Shown one piece after another: positions 11,421-24,588 of a DNA stretch of 64,000 nucleotides (position 1 is its first letter; each line of letters begins with the position of its first letter). The translations under genes and the position numbers were made by a program. The notes under the pieces were generated by a model. That model saw only the letters and a program-made list of their open reading frames with translations. It did not search any database and was not told the origin of the DNA. The DNA lies in contig OX597816.1 in assembly GCA_951406725.2 (NCBI GenBank), forward strand, positions 19,034,001-19,098,000, written 5' to 3'. This stretch comes from Octopus vulgaris (taxonomy: Eukaryota).

Positions 11421-14400
11421 TTGGTGACCTCGTTGTTATATTATTTGTAAGTTTAACACTAATGGTGGTAGCAGATGTGCAATTAGGATGAAAAGATGGT
11501 TTAATGTTTTCGTTTTCTTTCTCTCTTCACGAATTTAATTTTTGTTGTGGCTGTTCATTTACTTTGTGTTATTAATTTTATTGTTATTTTATTGCTTTTA
11601 TTTGCCTTGTCGATGTTACTGCTATTGCTATTGTGATCACTCCCTGCTTTTCTAGAATATTGTTGACAATCTCGTTCCCCGATGTCACCGAAAAATTGTT
11701 GGGTGACGCAGAAAACAACTGCCATCTCCCGGGTCTGGCTGTAATATTTATTAGAGCCCCGCCTTCCCGAGAAAATAATTATCTAGGGAGTTAACAAGCA
11801 AGGGACATGGAGGGTAAATATATGCAATGCAAAAAGGGCGCGGTAGGTAGATGTTTACTCTGACCACTGTAAATATTGTGCTTGTGATTGAAGCGATCGA
11901 CTAATTGGGATGTTCAATCAGACTTCATTTAGTATAAGCTGAAAAATGCTTTACTCTGATATGCATTGATTAGATGTTCACAGAAAACAGATCCCGTGTC
12001 ATCTGTCTATAAGATGTAACGCTAAAGATGAATATTTTAATTCACAGATCCAGTGGAGATCACCTATGTCTGTCTGTCCCTGACTAAACTGCCATTGACA
12101 ACCACTAACATTTTCACTATAACTTTTGACAGCTTTTGTAACTCTGCGTTACCCAGTGTTATGGTCTGAAGTTATCTATTTTATCTCCTTTGTACGTTTA
12201 GAGCAGAATAATGCAGACGGAAAAGGGAAACTAAATTTAGTTATATGCTACTATGGAGCTGTCATAAAAATCTCCACGTCATACTAGCGATCAATGCTTC
12301 AATAGAAATCTGGCCAGATTTAACTTGTTCAGAACAAACGATAGCCGCTCAGAAAGGAATAAATATTCAACTGTGTAAGCAATAAAAACACATACATTAA
12401 CAGAAGATACTACAAACAGTGTCAGAAATATTTAGGCAAGCTATAAATAGGGTAAATAATGAGGGTTCTGTTAATAGCATTAAGGGTAATATTAATAATA
12501 ATGTTTATATTAAAGCTACCGATGAGCATAGCAATGACAACGTGAATAGTCCATATATTATTAGTAATGAGCAAATAGACGTTTTGTAATATATTTCTCT
12601 GCTATCAGAATATATGGCGTATGCTACAATCACAATTTGGTTACATTCAACATGAGGATATAGGACGTTCAAACATGAATATACATGAATGAAGATAAAG
12701 AGCTTACTAGCATAGATGATAAAGCAATCACAATACATAGCGATCCGATATTTATAAAATCCTCACTTGAATAACAAAAAAGATTCAGGGACGCTATAAG
12801 CAACTAACAAAAGATAATACGTCATCCTTAAATATCATGTTTCCAATGATATAATTGAGTTCTCCAATTTCTTGTATGTTTCCGATTCAACAAAAATAGA
12901 AAATGCGGCGCTCCAGAAATAGCCTTTGGCTGCAAAAAAAAGTAAGTGTCCAATAGAATACAATATTGAAAGGGTAAATTAAAGCTTTAGAAAATAATAT
13001 TATTCTGGATCAAATCATCTATAGCAGTATTCATGGCTGAAGAAAGAATTATGAGATTGTATACCGTGTGTATGACATACGCACATATATAACCAGAAAT
13101 GTATATAGACGTCTACAAACATTCGGATCTATAAAATGTAAGAAGAGCCGTCTGAAATAATAAAGTAACCCGGCCTTCTCAAAACTAAGACGAAGCATAA
13201 CCTCGTTCATAAAGTACATAACATAAATGTTGGGCAGATAATTACATGTATCCCCAGCTTTATATTGAATAAATTGTTACGTCTATTTGAAGGAGTGAAA
13301 TTTGACCTAAGGGATTGTGCAGCTTGAAAGTCTCTGACGTTCCCATCAATCAGTTTTTCTGTTCGATATATTGGTTTAGCACATTCTGTCTAAAACAGTC
13401 TTTCAAAGAATTCGGGGTATTAACTCACATGACTAATTCTTTGTTCAACGATGATCTCCAAAGTGCTATTTATAGTTATATCTTCTTTGGTCGTTTCAAT
13501 AATCGCTTCATCCAGTTTTCTGGATCGTGATTGCAAACAGAGGACTGCACATTTTCAACAGAGTATTTAAACATGGAGATTTTAAAACTTGACATCAAAC
13601 ACACTAGAAGTTTATATGTCAAAATGCTCACCCCGAAAGTAGATTAATTTTCTCTACCATACCTTTAGAGTATTCATTATTCTGGAATTCTGATAAGGTC
13701 CTCATGTTGTAGAGAAAGAAATAAGAAGTATAAAGTATATAACGTAAACAGCAATATGAAGATTAGTGGACGTTGAACAGAAACGAAAGAAACTGTAAGC
13801 AGAAAATTTTGAGTTTGGATGAAGGCCTCTAGAGCTGTTAGCGTTAATTTTACGATGTTACTTATTTCTCTGTGGATTAAGTTTTAATTATGATCAAAAA
13901 TGATAAATATTATTCTCATGTATGACTTCTGCTCTAACGTCGAAACATTTTAATAATATATTCAAAAGTATGTGTGTGTACAAATCTATATGTGGATATG
14001 TACGTATGTGCGTATGTATGTATTTGTACACACGCATATGCCTGTCTGTATAGTTTTCGATGACTAGAATGAGATATATAACCAGACAGGCACCTCGATC
14101 CTTCTAACCAAACATATATCTCGGAGATATGAATGGGGAGTCGAATACGAATACCTTTGGGATAGAAGCAGTTTTATTGAAATGTTATAAAAATGATAGA
14201 AAAGAAGATATATAGGGATTTTCCTTAAGGGCTTTTAGCACATGATCGACACGAATATAATGCAAGTTATAATTCTACCGGCGCTCTTAATTCTTGCATC
14301 AAAACAAGCGAAAATATAGCGATATGTATAAAAGAAACATTGCCTGTAGAATGAAACGGTAGAAAAAAAAATCACGTACACAGAATCTACAGTACTTTGG

Positions 14401-15395
14401 CCAAATGAATATTTACAAAATCCTTCACACTGGTTATAGAAGGAACTATCTTACACAACAGTAACAAATTCATATGTCATATATGCACATGAAACCCAGA
14501 CAACATTTTTTGAATCACTCTATGTAAATCTTAATTTTTTGAATCACAATAAAATTAGACCCAATGGATATTAATAGCATTTAGATACAAGAAGCATACT
14601 ATCGAATACCTAGGATAGAATTAATAGTGATGTACAAATTACAAATACAAAAAGAATTAAAATGCTGACTGTGGAATCATGTACAAAATTGTGCAAGTTT
14701 TATTTAGAAAAGAACATGCGCAGACGAAAAGAAAAATATGTCTATGACGCCCATAAAAACAAATATTTGTCGCGTTAACACACCTGCATTCGTACATTTT
14801 TTAACCATAACTAAACCTGTTAAAGATGCAAGATAAAAAGAAAATTTGCAGTCTACTTTTTAAAAGAAATTATAGCAAATTGTCAAAGATGTTGAAAAAG
14901 GATCTGGCTTTAAAAATGTAGCCAAGTAAGTGGAAAGTATGATAAAATTAAAGGACGATTGTTTTTTTTTTAAAAAACAAATCAAAAGCAGTGTAAATTT
15001 TGTTCACTATTTCTTACGTCCTTCACTCGTGTGAGAGTTATCAACTGGGGATAAGTAAATTATATCAAGTACTGTAATACTTTTCTGTGGTGAAAAATGT
15101 AACACTGGTGATCAAAAACATGTATAAGATAAACAAAATTTCTGGAGATGGCATCATATGGTATAGATATACATTTAGAAGCAGCATCAAAATAGTAATA
15201 TCTAACATCGAATTGAAGTAAACGACACTTTTTTGGTATATGTAAGGATACATTGCTTTACAAGCCGAGATCTAAATACCTTGCACATAAAAGTAAAGAC
15301 AACCCTCCAACGCCACTGATAACCGCAATAGTGGTGTATCAGTAAAGAATAAAGCCTCCATACTGTAAAACAACAAACCACAAGGAGGAAATCGC

Positions 15396-15450
15396 TATTC
15401 TGACGAAGGTATTCTGACGAAGGTATTCTGACGAAGGTATTCTGACGAAG
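15396..15450. repeat. Tandem repeat (TATTCTGACGAAGG)x4
   Basis: Four consecutive 14-bp units, read directly. Confidence 0.95.
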
Positions 15451-15684
15451 TAACTATAAAGATGATGAAGATGCAAAATAACTACCAAAGGTGTTGGGCT
15501 AAAGATTTGCGAAAACATTTCTATAGCTAGAACGAACAAAATTCTGGAGACAGGTTGATATTCATCAATGATCGATGGTCTCTAATCTGAAGTAGTAGCA
15601 GAATGTCAGACTGTATGTAATTACAAAACTGCAATCATAAAATCAGATACAAACATCAAGTAAATGCTATATAATAACAAATAA

Positions 15685-15852
15685 GGGCGGCGAGCTGGCA
15701 GAAACGCCGAGGTCGACTTTGCCTTTCATCCTTTCGGGGTCGATAAATTAAGTACCATTTACGCACTGGAGTCGATGTAATCGACTTAATACCTATGCCT
15801 GTCCTAGTTTGCCCCCTCTGTGTTTAGCCCCTTGTGGGTAATAAAGAAATAG
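15685..15852 (+). mobile_element. SINE family B, internally deleted
   Basis: Head joined directly to the core; same tail as other copies. Confidence 0.85.
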
Positions 15853-16589
15853 CTATATAATAACAAATATAGGCAAACCAATCTACACATTTCCGACTGA
15901 ACAGTCCTTGACGAGCTGAGTTGTTTTATTTCTACGTTTGAAACCGACATACAAGAAATATCCCGTCTCTCATACACATCATACAATGCCATTCCAAACA
16001 TTAACTCGTATAACATCGAAATTGCGAAGCTACAAGATAACGCATGATCAATTCAAAGCTATGGGGATAAATCAGAATTGCATATGACAGTAATCTGAAC
16101 GGTAGAATGTTAAAACGGCAATAACCCTGTTACTAATAGCGATGTACGATATAACCACAACATGTAGTACAAGATACAGTGTAAACATACACTATGCAAG
16201 GTAAGTGACCATAGTCACTAATCTCCAGTCCAAATGATTGTTTAATATAATGCTTGACATAATTTACAAAACCTAGAAAAATATTTGTACAGTACAGGAA
16301 ACACTGATTCCTTGTATAAAAGAAATTGATCAGAATAAGCTACATGCAGAAAATGTCAAGAGGAAAATGAAATTCTTAGACTGTGGCAAATAAGTACAAA
16401 ATGTAATTGAGGACAGAGTGTGTAACGTTGCTGACCTGCAACTTTAGGAACCATTGTAGCCTTTGTACTAAATTTCTATTGCATAGTACAATTGGAACTG
16501 TAAATACAACCTATCGAATCACGACTCAGATTCCTCTTGCTAAGGAAGCGAAATACTGCAAATCATGCACTACTGAAATATAACAATAC

Positions 16590-16850
16590 GGGCACTTCGT
16601 CGGGTACAACGACCAGGGTACAAGTTGATGCGATCGACGGAATAAATTGCTCTGGAAATTAATGTGCAAGTGGCTGAGTACATCGTTGATACATGAAATT
16701 TTGAGGTAGCTCTCAGAGATATCCTACGCGACACAGAATGCGACAGCGCTGGTCTTTGAATTACAAGTACAAGTCATTTTGGCCAGCCGAGTGGACTGCT
16801 GCAATATGAAATAAAGTATCTTTCTCGATTATAGAACGCATCGCAATTAA
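16590..16850 (-). mobile_element. Degenerate SINE family C
   Basis: Similar to 29941-30115 (GCACTTCGTCGG..CAAGTGGCTGAGTAC..GACACAGA). Confidence 0.65.
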
Positions 16851-17580
16851 GTGAAACTAAGTTTTAACAGTAAGACGTCACATTTACTTTTGAAAGAAAT
16901 TTCTGGTAATATAACAACACAATTCTCAATTCACACAATTAGAAATCAATAATACAAAATCCTGAAGAAAATTACAATAATTCTGGAATCAGCAAAATAT
17001 AATCTCCCCGCAAATACTATATTTTACACAAATGTCAATCTGTATCTTCAAAACACAATACAGCTAGTATCTCGTTAATTAGGAGTTGCCCCTAGTGATG
17101 TAAGATAATGATGTACAAAAAATGAGGAAAACACGGTAATAATTATAGTAATAATTTGTATGACTATCACAGAATAGCAAAAGTTTATAGTTCCTGGCAA
17201 ACCAAGAACCTTCTGAAAAATGACTATGAAATATATTAAAGATGTATTCAAATATTTTTTTTAAACATATATTGCCAGAATCTAGAGTGTCATAGTAAAA
17301 GTTACGATTAAGAAACACCAAAAAACAAATAGCAAACGCAAAATACCTCAAGATTATTATCGTAATTCGAACTTAAATAATGTTTGTAACCTACCGCGTA
17401 ATCGGATTTCTAAGGAAATGAGCCTTAAAAAATCATTAAGTTTATACACAATTTTCTCTGTAAATTTGTTTAGGTTTGGAAGGACACGGTCTATATGCAA
17501 ACAATGGTTTAAATAGATAACTAATTAACATATGGTGCAATCTCGAGCTTAATCTACCAGTAAATCCTATGTAATGAAAA

Positions 17581-18180
17581 GGCGGCGAGCTGGCAGAAAC
17601 GTTAGCACGCCGGGCGAAATGCGTAGCCGTATTTCGTCTGTCGTTACGTTCTGAGTTCAAATTCCGCCGAGGTCGACTTTGCCTTTCATCCTTTCGGGGT
17701 CGATAAATTAAGTACCAGTTACGCACTGGGGTCGATGTAATCGACTTAATACCTATGTCTGTCCTTGTTTGTCCCCTCTGTGTTTAGCCCCTTGTGGGTA
17801 ATAAAGAAATAGGTATTTCGTCTGTCGTTACGTTGTGAGTTCAAATTCCACCGAGGTTGACTTTGCCTTTCATCATTTCGGGGTCGATTAAATAAGTACC
17901 AGTTACGCACTGGGGTCGATATAATCGACTTAATCTGTTTGTCTGTCCTTGTTTGTCCTCTCTGTGTTTAGCCCCTTGTGGGTAGTAAAGAAATGAGTAT
18001 TTCGTCTGCCGTTACGTTCAGAGTTCAAATTCCGCCGAGATCGAATTTGCCTTTCATTCTTTCAGGTTCGATTAAATAAGCAGCAGTTACGCACTGGGGT
18101 CGATATAATCGACTTAATCCGTTTGCCTATCCTTGTTAGTCCTCCCCGTGTTCAGCCCCTTGTGGGTGATAAAGAAATAG
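17581..18180 (+). mobile_element. SINE family B trimer within one 19-bp TSD
   Basis: GTATTTCGTCTG recurs at 17629, 17813 and 17997 (184-bp period). TSD GTAAATCCTA(T/C)GTAATGAA at 17560-17578 and 18181-18199. Confidence 0.9.
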
Positions 18181-19077
18181 GTAAATCCTACGTAATGAAG
18201 CATTTACGCACGATAATAGCATAGCGTATTTAGTCAGACTAACGTTATTATGCAAATCTGCAGTTGTTAACTTGTCTAAATGAGCTTTTCCGAACGATAA
18301 GGACTTCAATTTTATATAATCACAATATCATTGCCTACTGAAAATAGCGTCTTGAAATTAAAGAATGTACTCAATAGTGATTTCCTTATAATTTGGCAAC
18401 TATCAGATAACTAGCGAATTTGCTTTTGTGCGACAAAATTAAGTATTGTAAAAACAATATACTGAAGTGTATCATGAGCGAAAATGGATTCGATATTCCA
18501 TCATCAATTACTGAGCGAGGAAATCATTAGGGTATAATTGGCTATTTCCAGAGACGATTGACCCCTTGTTCAGAACTAATTAATAAGTAATAATCAGCAT
18601 ACAAATGAAATGTTAATGAAAAAGCAATATTATGCATCAGAAAATTGTGATATTACAACAAAATTAATCTGCTGCTAGGAATATTAAATATTGCCAAACA
18701 TGCTTTAAAAAGCTAATATCTGTATATTAGCTAGATGGTACTAATTTTTTAACGATGGATGAGCGTTAGACGTTTGCTGAATAACCTGCAAAAATGATTT
18801 TCTTTTAGTGATGAAATGTGTGTACTGTATATTAGCGCACACGCTCTGTGAAATTGACGTCGTGTGAACAAGTTCACTGCGTAGCACGTATTCGGGGTCA
18901 AAGTGATTGCAGACCAACAACCTATTCTAGGGATTGAAATCACAACCGGCAGATCGTGAGTGCAACACTCTAACAAGTAAGCCTTGCACCTTCAAACAAT
19001 ATATATATAAGTGTGTGTGTGTATGGATCAAGGTAGATTGGTTCAAATTCGTTGGTAACCTTGATTTTCAAGCGTAA

Positions 19078-19271
19078 TGCTAGTCGTCACCTATTTTGAA
19101 TTTGAATGACAAAAGTACAGGCCTTCTTTCATTCAGATCCAAAGTGGTTGACGACTAGCATCACACTCGAAACTCAAGAGTAACAACGAATTTAATTTAA
19201 ACTGTTTTGATCTATACATATAACTCCCAATAAATTGGTTGAGTACTCTTTTGTTTGTCCACTCACTCGAG
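19078..19271 (+). mobile_element. Fold-back PLE-type stub with decayed hammerhead, ending at (TA)n
   Basis: Hairpin GCTAGTCGTCA..TGACGACTAGC (19079-19160); TTGACGA..GAAAC-TCAAGA-GTA at 19149-19182. Confidence 0.45.
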
Positions 19272-19273
19272 TA

Positions 19274-19336
<63 letters not shown>

Positions 19337-19338
<2 letters not shown>

Positions 19339-19540
19339 CGGAGATGTACTCGCATAGCAAGTAGTTTGATCTGAAATCGTGTGCTGAAACGAAAACAATT
19401 GCAGCGTGGAAGGTGTTTATAAGCCATTTAAGAAACACACAAAAGCCGTTCGATTCACTTCAACATTTAAGTTTAATTTGTCAAAATATTTTCCTCGCTA
19501 AAATCCGCGACCTGTTCACTGACAAAGTCCGTGCTGCATC
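19337..19540 (-). mobile_element. 3'-terminal stub of the intact PLE family, with variant hammerhead
   Basis: Nearly identical to 46646-46850; flanked by (TA)n; variant HHR at 19477-19526. Confidence 0.85.
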
Positions 19541-19549
19541 TCATTATGT

Positions 19550-19603
<54 letters not shown>

Positions 19604-19695
19604 GTATGTATGTATATATATATATGTATGCATATATATACGTATTTATACACATGTATATATACATACACAGACACACAAACATATGTACATAC

Positions 19696-19726
<31 letters not shown>

Positions 19727-20721
19727 GTTTGGTGCGCCACTGAAAGTTATAATGGTGGGATACTAGGGAATAAAGTTTGCAGGAATGATTGGTAATATTA
19801 AGTTCATTGGAGAATAGTCATTGATATATTTAAGTCTCAGGGAATGCTATCGTTTCCAATGTTAGCAGATGGCGAATGAATTAAAATGGATACAATTGTC
19901 AAGTGCAGTTATATGATTTGTTGTGAGGGGAAATTAGTTTATGAAAAGTGCTATTTCTAATGTAGGAGTGGTGTGTGAACAAGCAAAGACGTATATGTAC
20001 AAATTAGTATATATATATATATAGATAGGGAGTGAGAGTGAGAGTTTATTAACTATTTGTATCAATTTGAATTCTAGGCTATGTATCTTGCATTTGTTAT
20101 GACATCATTCTGTGTCATATTTCGAGGTATGTAGTTAAATATGATCTCTCAATGGACGTTCTTATTAAACTTCCTTAACTAAAGTATAACAAACGTCAAG
20201 TAGAATGACATTCGAAATGTTCGCTTTATAATCTATAAAGAATTCATTCGATGGTCGACATTCTCTGTCTCTCCTTCCGTCTCTCTCTCTCTTTCTCCAC
20301 GTCTCTCTCTCTCTCCCTTGCTTTTTCTCTTTTGATCTAAATATATGTGCGTGCATACGTTCATGTATTGGGGCGTATGTATTTGTGGATTAGCTTTGAT
20401 ATATTTAATAACGCTTTTAATGAAGTTATTTGCAAGTTTATATAAATGATTCTAGAAGTGAAACATTGTAGCACATATAGCTTAATTTACAAACACACCT
20501 TATTGTAAAAAGTGCGTGTCTACTCACATATTTATACTTATACGCTCGTTTTAGTGCATATGAGGTGTCTGCGCAAAAGAAATAGTTTGAAAGACTAATT
20601 CGTGGAAAGCAATTATTATTCAACAAGCGCCTCGAGTGATCGAGAGAAATCAATATATCCATAAATAAACAGACACATATTAAGATGCATACACACACAC
20701 ACACACACACGCATATATATA

Positions 20722-20764
<43 letters not shown>

Positions 20765-20803
20765 TTGTGTCTGTGTGGATGCATATATGTGTACATATAT
20801 ATA

Positions 20804-20852
<49 letters not shown>

Positions 20853-21479
20853 GTATGTATGTATGCGGACGCATACGGAAACAAGCGCAGAACGACGTGT
20901 GTGTATGTGTGTGAGTGTCGTGGTTTTGTAGTTTGTGTTTGTATAAAATTATTATCAATAGTTTCTTCAGAAAACCGGAGATGAAACGTGATTTAGGTAA
21001 TTAATTGCACAATGCGATTATTATTAGCCTGCAAGGGCATAGCCCAGTGTAATATAATACAATTAAAATACTGCTCTAAATCAATGAAGAATTTATAAAC
21101 AGTATCAATATTATTTTTATGAATCAAAATGTAATTGATCAATACATATCATCAAATTGATCCTAAGCGTAGCTAATCAATATACATACTTGCATGCATG
21201 CTTATACACATACATACATAAATACATACATATATGCATACATACATATGTAAAGGCTTCTTCTACACATGTGAATTGTAGAAAGAACATTAGCTTTCTC
21301 TTTTCTGTACATTTTTGTAATATTCTATTACTGTATTGTACAACTTGGTTGTGCTAATAATCTTCCACATACGTGGATATATGTGTTTACTTATATATTA
21401 AATATGTGTGTGTGCTTGTGTCTATGTGTGTGTTTGCTTTAGCGCCTAACAAAAAGAAGAAGTGTAGATACATTATTGG

Positions 21480-22110
21480 TTTCTTTCTATGTTATTAATC
21501 TTTACACCAGTATCCTACATGATTATGAAAAAAATGCAATAAATTTCTTGCTGGAAAAGTAGTCGGAAGAAGTTCCGGAACACATAAAGAAGATTATTGT
21601 TATCAAGACTTTCAGATGTATACTTCAGAACAATTATTTCCTATTTGATGACACCATCTATTGTCAAAAATACACAACTTCGATAGGAACGAAAACAGAA
21701 CCTGTTCTTGCGAACAAAATAATGGGATATTTTGAATTACCTGCATATGAGTTGTCACTTTAAAAATATGGACATCCATTCGATCAGTATATAGGAGAAA
21801 ACTGGAAAAGATATATGGACAACTTTATTATTTGGAATGCGACCATTAATAAACTTTTGGAATTTAAATCAATACTAAATGATATAAACGGTAACATTCA
21901 ATTTACAATAAAGTATATCAATGAGCAGCTCCCTTTATAAGATATTATGATACCCGTGCCACCCGAAACAAAACAAAAGAAGCATCTCCTTTAATTTAGA
22001 AAAAAGGATTTGCACAATTGTGTCTGGTGTAGATACACGGGAACTTCGTCTTAAAGACCTCAGAACAAGACTAACTGGGAGACAATGTCCACTCTTACTG
22101 ATAGATGATA
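21480..22110 (+). pseudogene. Decayed Penelope-like reverse transcriptase fragment
   Basis: Remnant translation ILQNNYFLFDDTIYCQK..IGTKTEPVLANKIMGYFE..WKRYMD..INGNIQFT, with stops and frameshifts. Confidence 0.7.
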
Positions 22111-22150
22111 GAGGTTTTTCGTATAACGTGGATAAATTTGGAAATGGAGC

Positions 22151-23603
22151 CAAACGCAGGTGTTATTCAAATCATTTATACTTCCAACATATGTTTCGAA
22201 AATAGCATTGAGATTATTCCAGAGGGAATGAAAATGACATAAAACAATACAATCATCTTGTCAGGGAAAAAGGGAAGGCAACACATCCATAAGCCATTAT
22301 AACCGAATGTGATTGCCGCGTATATGATATAAAGGGAACGCTAGCAAGTTATTTTAAAGAATAAACCGTTAATAGTTTTAATGTCAAAGGTTATTTAGAG
22401 AAAGAGAAGGAAAATAAGGAAACAAATATTAAGAGTTGAAAAGTATATTAAGAGCTGAAAACTATAGTGAGATAAATGAATGGGAATTTAGTTTAAAAGC
22501 GTGGAAAGACATATATGTAGTGGAAATGAAATGTAAGGTCGAATCTTATAGAATCGTAGAAAATATTTACAGGAACTGAAGGTATGTTTTTGCCAATGTT
22601 TACAACGATAAACGCATTCTTTTAACGTATTTACAAGGATATTTTTCAAGAAAAGGATGAGAAATTGCTCTTCGATAAAGATCGGACAAAAAGATTTGCC
22701 TTTGTCATGTGGGAAGGATCTAGATATAATTTTCCTTTCGAAACCGAATTGTTTATTATGTTCCTTTAGAGACCTAATTAATTTACTAAACCCAGTATTG
22801 TTGCGTTTATTGACATGTCTAAATGTAGAGTAATGGTTAGATATTCTTTTCGACAACTGAGACGATGACTTACCTATATAAACAAGACATCAAACCCGGA
22901 AGTGATTTTACATTGATAAACAGAGTGTCTACTTTTACAAGTGTTGCTAAGGAAACGAATACGATTCAAAAACATGTTAGAAATATTAATATTGTTGTTA
23001 TTATTGTTCAAAGAATGGTTAGCGTTAATAATATCACTGTTATTATATTCGTTAAGTATATTTGTATTTAACAATTTATGGTTATGCGAAGAAATGATTT
23101 CGGAAAGATTTTTTGCTTGAAAATCCTATCCTAATTCGGTGTGAATTGATAATAGAATAGTATCTGGAATCGTTTGGAAAATTGTTATCTATAGCTTCAG
23201 GAAATTGTTAAGAGAGGTTGGATTTGATCTTCTTATCAAACGGAATGATCAACCCAATGTTTTACTAGGACACACTTTGTTATTCGAGTAATTATCTTTA
23301 AAAGTCCTAGAATTATTTTTATTACGTATAAAAGGATAGAAAGAACGGCTATCACTCTTGCGATATATTTTAGATTAGTTGATGGTTTATAGTATGGGAA
23401 ATATGAAAGATTATATAAGGTATGGGTAATATTCAAAAAGTTGGCTTTAGTTATATCATCCTTTTATTCATGTGTTTTGTTCCTTTTTTCCTGACGAGAT
23501 GATTGCATTGTTTTGTCATCAATTTTATTCCCTTTGGAATAATCTCAATGCGTTTTTCGAAACACGTTGGAAGTATAAATGATTTGAAGAACACCTGCGT
23601 TTG
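22151..23603 (-). mobile_element. Decayed PLE (RT thumb, linker, GIY-YIG) with inverted HHR-containing termini
   Basis: Minus strand NFLNIT..PYYKP, IDNNFP, VYQCKIT..YIGKSS..KRISNH..CKH. 22151-22287 is an inverted copy of 23470-23603. The C-terminal EN with a Cys/His tail resembles Hydra-type PLEs (tentative). Confidence 0.75.
23487..23572 (+). ncRNA. Type-I hammerhead ribozyme motif with long stem II
   Basis: TTC-CTGACGA(23491)-GA..GCATTG..CAATGC..TC-GAAAC(23559)-AC-GTT-GGAA. The inverted partner at ~22182-22266 has CTGACAA and GAAAC-ATAT-GTT. Confidence 0.65.
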
Positions 23604-23623
23604 AGTACACTTCTTAATTTATG

Positions 23624-23678
<55 letters not shown>

Positions 23679-23843
23679 TTAATAATAAAAGGAAAGAAAG
23701 TACGGTTATCACTCTTGCGATATATTTTAGATTAGTTGATGGTTTATAGTATGGGAAATATGAAAGATTATATAAGGTGTGGGTAATATTCAAAAAGTTG
23801 GCTTTAGTTATATCATCAAAATAGTGGTTTTGTCTCTAATTTA

Positions 23844-23882
<39 letters not shown>

Positions 23883-23886
<4 letters not shown>

Positions 23887-24270
23887 CTTAAATGAGGGCA
23901 ATAGAAAACATTTCTAATGCCAAATATGCCGAAAAATTGGACATATTGTCCATTAACCATATAATTTTTTCACAATACGCACGCTACTCGAACAAAGGTC
24001 GACAGAAATCTCTAAATAATTCCATTATTACCATATCGGACCGATTTCAGAGTTAGCTACTAAGAGCCCTCTCTTCGTCAGTGATAGATGTGGTAAAAGA
24101 AATAAATTAGGTACTTACTCATACCCATGGAAGAAGCAAACACTAAGTCATGAGCATAACTAAGTAACCCAAATACATCCAAAATAGAAATATTCCAGCC
24201 CATTCGAGACACGTGCGATTTGAACTGAGGCTCTCACAGAGTGAGAGAGTCCGGAAGTCAACGCTTAAAT
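23883..24270 (-). mobile_element. PLE 3' region (family of 7884/24278) next to (TA)n
   Basis: Shares GAGGGCAA..TGCCAAATATGCCGAAA with 7884-8047 and contains an HHR. Confidence 0.6.
24034..24086 (-). ncRNA. Minimal type-I hammerhead ribozyme motif
   Basis: Minus strand TATCA-CTGACGA-AGAG..CTCT-GAAA-TCG-GTC-CGATA; complete catalytic core. Confidence 0.7.
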
Positions 24271-24277
24271 TTATATC

Positions 24278-24537
24278 TAATGTAGGATAAAATTTTTTTC
24301 TAAAAAAATTTTATCAATGGCCAGCATATTAAAAATACCTTTTTCGAAAAAAAATACCTTTAACGGTTAAATTTATAAACTTCATAAATGAGGGCAAAGG
24401 AAAAAATTTCTAATGCCAAATAAGCGGATTGGCATTAGAAATTTTTTCCTTTGCCCTCATTTATGAATTGTTTATAAATTTAACCGTTAAAGGTATTTTT
24501 TTTCGAAAAAATATTCTTTTCGAAAATTTTATCCTAC

Positions 24538-24541
<4 letters not shown>
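24278..24541. repeat. Long fold-back palindrome (PLE terminus plus inverted copy) adjacent to (TA)n
   Basis: TAATGTAGGATAAAA.. / ..TTTTATCCTACATTA; arms converge on TGCCAA-ataagcgga-TTGGCA at ~24414-24435. Confidence 0.85.

Positions 24542-24588
<47 letters not shown>

Noticed and set aside
11900-15350. Long microsatellite-poor stretch, possibly old coding DNA
   Set aside because: No long ORF or motif recognised in any frame.
16140-16206. Short open frame ending at AG|GTAAGT
   Set aside because: No recognisable protein similarity; cannot be supported without RNA data.
17581-18180. CRISPR-like or satellite array
   Set aside because: No unique spacers; the units are SINE bodies in eukaryotic DNA.
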